DNA of 64,000 bases, taken from assembly GCA_035221665.1 (NCBI GenBank), contig CM069140.1:3038001-3102000 (forward strand), read 5' to 3'. Shown piece by piece: positions 60,465-64,000 of the stretch (positions are counted from its first letter, which is position 1; every line of letters starts with the position of its first letter). This DNA is from Okamejei kenojei (Eukaryota). The notes under the pieces were generated by a model, which worked only from the letters and a program-made list of their open reading frames with translations, searched no databases and had not been told where the DNA came from. Both the position numbers and the translations under genes were made by a program.

Positions 60465-62345
60465 GAGGGGAAACAATGACTGATCTCGGACACCTCCTCC
60501 TACATATCCTTGGACCAAGACCCCACTGACGAGCACCAGGCCAGTATCTCTAGCAACATTACTGACTTCATCAACGCCAGCTCCCTGCACCCCCCCAAGT
60601 CACCAACCTCATCGTTCCACAGCCCCGCATGGACCGATTTTACCTTCTCCCCAAAATCCACAAATCTGACTGTCCTGGCAGACCCATTGTTTCTGCCTGT
60701 TCGTGTCCTACTGAAATTATTTCCACATAGACGGAGGAATTGGGAGAAGGAGTCTTTACAGGAAGCAGGGTGGGAAGAAGTGTAGTTCAGATACCCATAG
60801 ACTCCATCCTATCCCCTCTGGTTAAATCCCTCCCTACCTGGACACCTCACACGCTCTCCGTCATCTCCAGGAATTCCATTCTCTAGGCCCGCATCCCCTC
60901 ATCTCCACCATGGATGTCCAGTTACTCTACACCTCCATCCCCTACCAGGAGGGTCTGAATGCCCTACATTTATTCCTCGACCGGAGAACTAACTAACTAA
61001 TCCCCGTCTGCTGATACTCTCCTCTGCCTAGCGGAGCTGGTCCTTACTCTTAATAACTTTTCATTTGACTCCTCCCACTTCCTCCAAATACAAGGTGTAG
61101 CTATGGGTACGTGCATGGTCCCTAGCTAAGCCTGCCTCGTTGTTGGGTATGTCGAACAATCCTTGTTCAAGACATATCAGGGCCCCATCCCCGAACTCTA
61201 CCTCCACTACATCGACGACTGAATTGGTGCTACTTCCTGCACCCACACACAACTCACTGACTTCGTCCATTTCACCATTAACTTCCATCTGGCACTCAAA
61301 TACACCTGAACCATTTCCGACATTTCCCTAGATTTCTGGACCTCATTATCTCCATCGCAGGTGATAGACTTCTGACCGCCATCCACTATAAACCCACTGA
61401 CTCCCATGGGTATCTGAACTACACTTCTTCCCACCCTGCTTCCTGTAAAGACTCCTTCTCCCAATTCCTCCGTCTATGCCGCATCTGCTCCCAGGATGAG
61501 GTGTTCCACAACAGGGCATCGGAGATGTCCTCATTCTTCAGGGAACAGGATTCTCCTCTTCTACCATAGATGAGGCTCTCACCAGGGTTTCTACTATACC
61601 CCGTGACACTCTCTCTGCCCATCCCCCCCCCACTCATAATAAAGGTAGTGTCCCTCTAGTCTTCACCCTCCACCCTACCAGCCGTCACATTCAACAAATA
61701 ATCCTCCGTCATTTTTCCTTCCTCCAACGTGACCCCACCACTTGCCATATCTTCCCTTCTACTCCCCTGTCTGCTTTCTGCAGAGGCCGCTCCCTCCATA
61801 ACTCACTGGTCCATTCATCTCTTCCCACCCGAACCACCCGCTCTCTGGGCACTTTCGTTTGCAACCGCAAATTGCATCTGCTGCTCGAGATGTCAGCTGA
61901 TCTACATCGTGAGACCAAGCATAGGCTTGGCGATTGCTTTGCCGAAAACCCCTGATCGGTTTGCAATAACCAACCTGATCTCCCGGTGGCTCAGTACTTC
62001 AACTCCACCTCCCATTTCGAATCCGATCTTTCTGTCCTGGGCCTCCTGCATGGTCAGAGTGAGGATCACCGGAAATTGGAGGAGCAGCACCTCAAATTTC
62101 GCTTGGGCAGTTTGTACCCCAGCGGTATGAACATTGACTTCTCTAATTTCAGGTAGTCCTTACTTTCTCCTCCCCTTCTCAGCTCTCCCTCTAGCCCTTT
62201 GGCTCCTCCTCTTCCTTTCTTCTTCCCGCTCCCCCCCCCCACCCTCACATCAGTCTGAAGAAGGGTTTCGACCCGGAATGTTGCCTATTCCTTCACTGCA
62301 TAGATGCTGCCTCACCCGCTAAGTTTCTCCAGCATTTTTGTCTAC
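60465..62345 (+). mobile_element. Degenerate Penelope-like retroelement (RT + GIY-YIG)
   Basis: [57 protein letters not shown]. Confidence 0.88.
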
Positions 62346-62449
62346 CTTCTGATCTACCTTTCCATCTCAACCCCATTCTTCTGTCTTCTCTCCATAACCC
62401 CTGACACCTGCACTCATCAGCAACCTGACAATCTCTGCTTTAAAATGCA

Positions 62450-64000
62450 CAGCCAAGCTATGTCCCATTGCCCTTACTCCTCCAATCTGGCTTCCTCCCA
62501 TTCTCCTTACTCCACCAAGCTGGCTACCTCCCATTCCCCTTACTCCCCCAAGCTGGCTACCACCCATTCCTTCCTCCCCCAAGCTGGGTCCCTCCGTCCC
62601 TTGCACCTGTAACCTGGCAACCTCCCTCACCTTGCTCCCCCAAGCTGGCTGGCTACCACCCCTTATTCCCCCAAGCTAGCTACCACCAATCCCTTACTCT
62701 TCCAAGCTGGCAATCTCCCATTCCTTACTCCCTCTCAAGCTGGCTTCCTTCGATTACCCTTACTCCCCATAACTGGCTTCCTCCCATTCCTTATTCACCC
62801 AAGCTGGCTTCCTCCCATCGTCTAACTCAATTCCTTTACTCCCCAAACAACCTTCCTCCTCCCATCCCTTACTCCAAATAGCCTTCCTCCCATCCCTTCC
62901 TCCCCCAAGCTGACTTTCTCGCATCCCTTACCCTCCCAAGCTGGCGACCTCCCCCATCCATTACTCCCCAAGCTGTATTCCTCCGATTCCCCTTATTCGT
63001 CAAGCTGGCTATCTCCCATCCCTTACTCCCCCAAGCTGACTACATCCCATCCTTTACAACCCCAACTTGGCTACCTCTCAACCCTTACTCCCCCAAGCTG
63101 GCTACCTCACATTCCCCTTTCTCCCAAGCTGGCTACACACCATTTCCCTTACTACCCCAAGCTGGCTACTTTGCATACATACCCCTTACTACCTACCTAC
63201 CCCAAGCTGGCTACTTTGCATTCCCCCTTACTCTACCAAGCTGGCTACCTCCCATTTCCTTTATTCCCCCAATTTGGCAACTTCCCATTCCCCTTACTCC
63301 ACACCAAGCTGGCTACCCCCATCATTTACTCAGCCAAGATGGCTCCCTCCATCCCCTCCATCCCCAAGCTCTCTGAATCCCATCCCTTACTCCACACCCC
63401 CCCCCCCCACCTCCCATTCGCCTTCAGCCCCACGCTGGCTACCTCTCATCCATTACTTCCCCAAGCTGCCAGCTCCCATTCCCCTTACTCCCATATGTTT
63501 GCGACCTCCCATTTCCCTTACTCCCACAAACTGGCTACCCCCCATTCCCCTTACTCTCCCAAGCAGGTTACCCCCCATTCCACTTATTCCACCTAGCTGG
63601 CTACCTCCTATTGACCTTACACCACCACCAAGCAGGCTTCCTCCCATTGTCCTTACTCCCTGCCCCAAGCCGGCTATCTCCCATTCCCTTTACTCACCCA
63701 AACTCGCTACCTCCTATCCGGTATCGCCCAGGCTGGCTACCTCTCATCCCTTACTGCCCCAAGCAGACTTCATCCCATCCGCAACCTGACTTCCTCCGAT
63801 TCCTCATACTCGCCTAAGCTGGCTGCCTCACATTCCGTAATCGGCCAAGCTGGTTTCCAGCCATTCCCTTACTCCTCCTCCAAGCTGGCTACCTCCCATT
63901 CCCCCTACACCCTCAAGCTGGCTACCTCTCATCCCTTACTCACCCAAGCTGGGTCCCTCCATCCCTTATGCCACCAATCTGGCTACCTCCCATCCCTTAC
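62450..64000 (+). repeat. Degenerate ~32-bp minisatellite (CCCCAAGCTGGCTACCTCCCATTCCCCTTACT), runs off the window end
   Basis: More than 40 units by eye. Confidence 0.93.

Noticed and set aside
62304-63817. Pro-rich ORFs up to 240 aa
   Set aside because: Translations of the minisatellite

Overview
Eukaryotic, repeat-rich DNA from a cartilaginous fish, most likely a skate (inferred from the IgW/IgX sequence and the CR1, V-SINE and Penelope content). The core is a complete unrearranged IgW (IgX/IgR) heavy-chain minicluster on the + strand, about 12.6-46.4 kb. Its order is leader, VH, D1, D2, JH (RSS spacers 23, 12/22, 12/12, 23), CH1, CH2, a Cys-rich short secretory exon, CH3-CH5 and CH6 with an IgM-type tailpiece and stop. 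Four further intact CH exons follow (CH7-CH10, two tandem copies of a CH3/CH4-like pair), then TM1 and a probable TM2. The main unusual feature is that these four exons lie downstream of the terminal secretory exon, which lacks the usual internal splice donor. They therefore appear usable only in membrane isoforms that skip CH6. VH carries a 1-nt frameshift in a G-run, which is either real or an assembly error. Downstream and tail-to-tail lies a frameshifted terminal exon of SDR39U1. The first ~2.9 kb of the window is a direct repeat of 52.4-55.4 kb. The remainder is transposable elements (CR1, Rex1-like, RTE, RTE-X-like, DIRS, Penelope, Harbinger MITEs, a near-intact Tc1), simple repeats, an AGCT-rich minisatellite and five N-gaps. 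All calls were made by eye without database searches, and TE boundaries are approximate.
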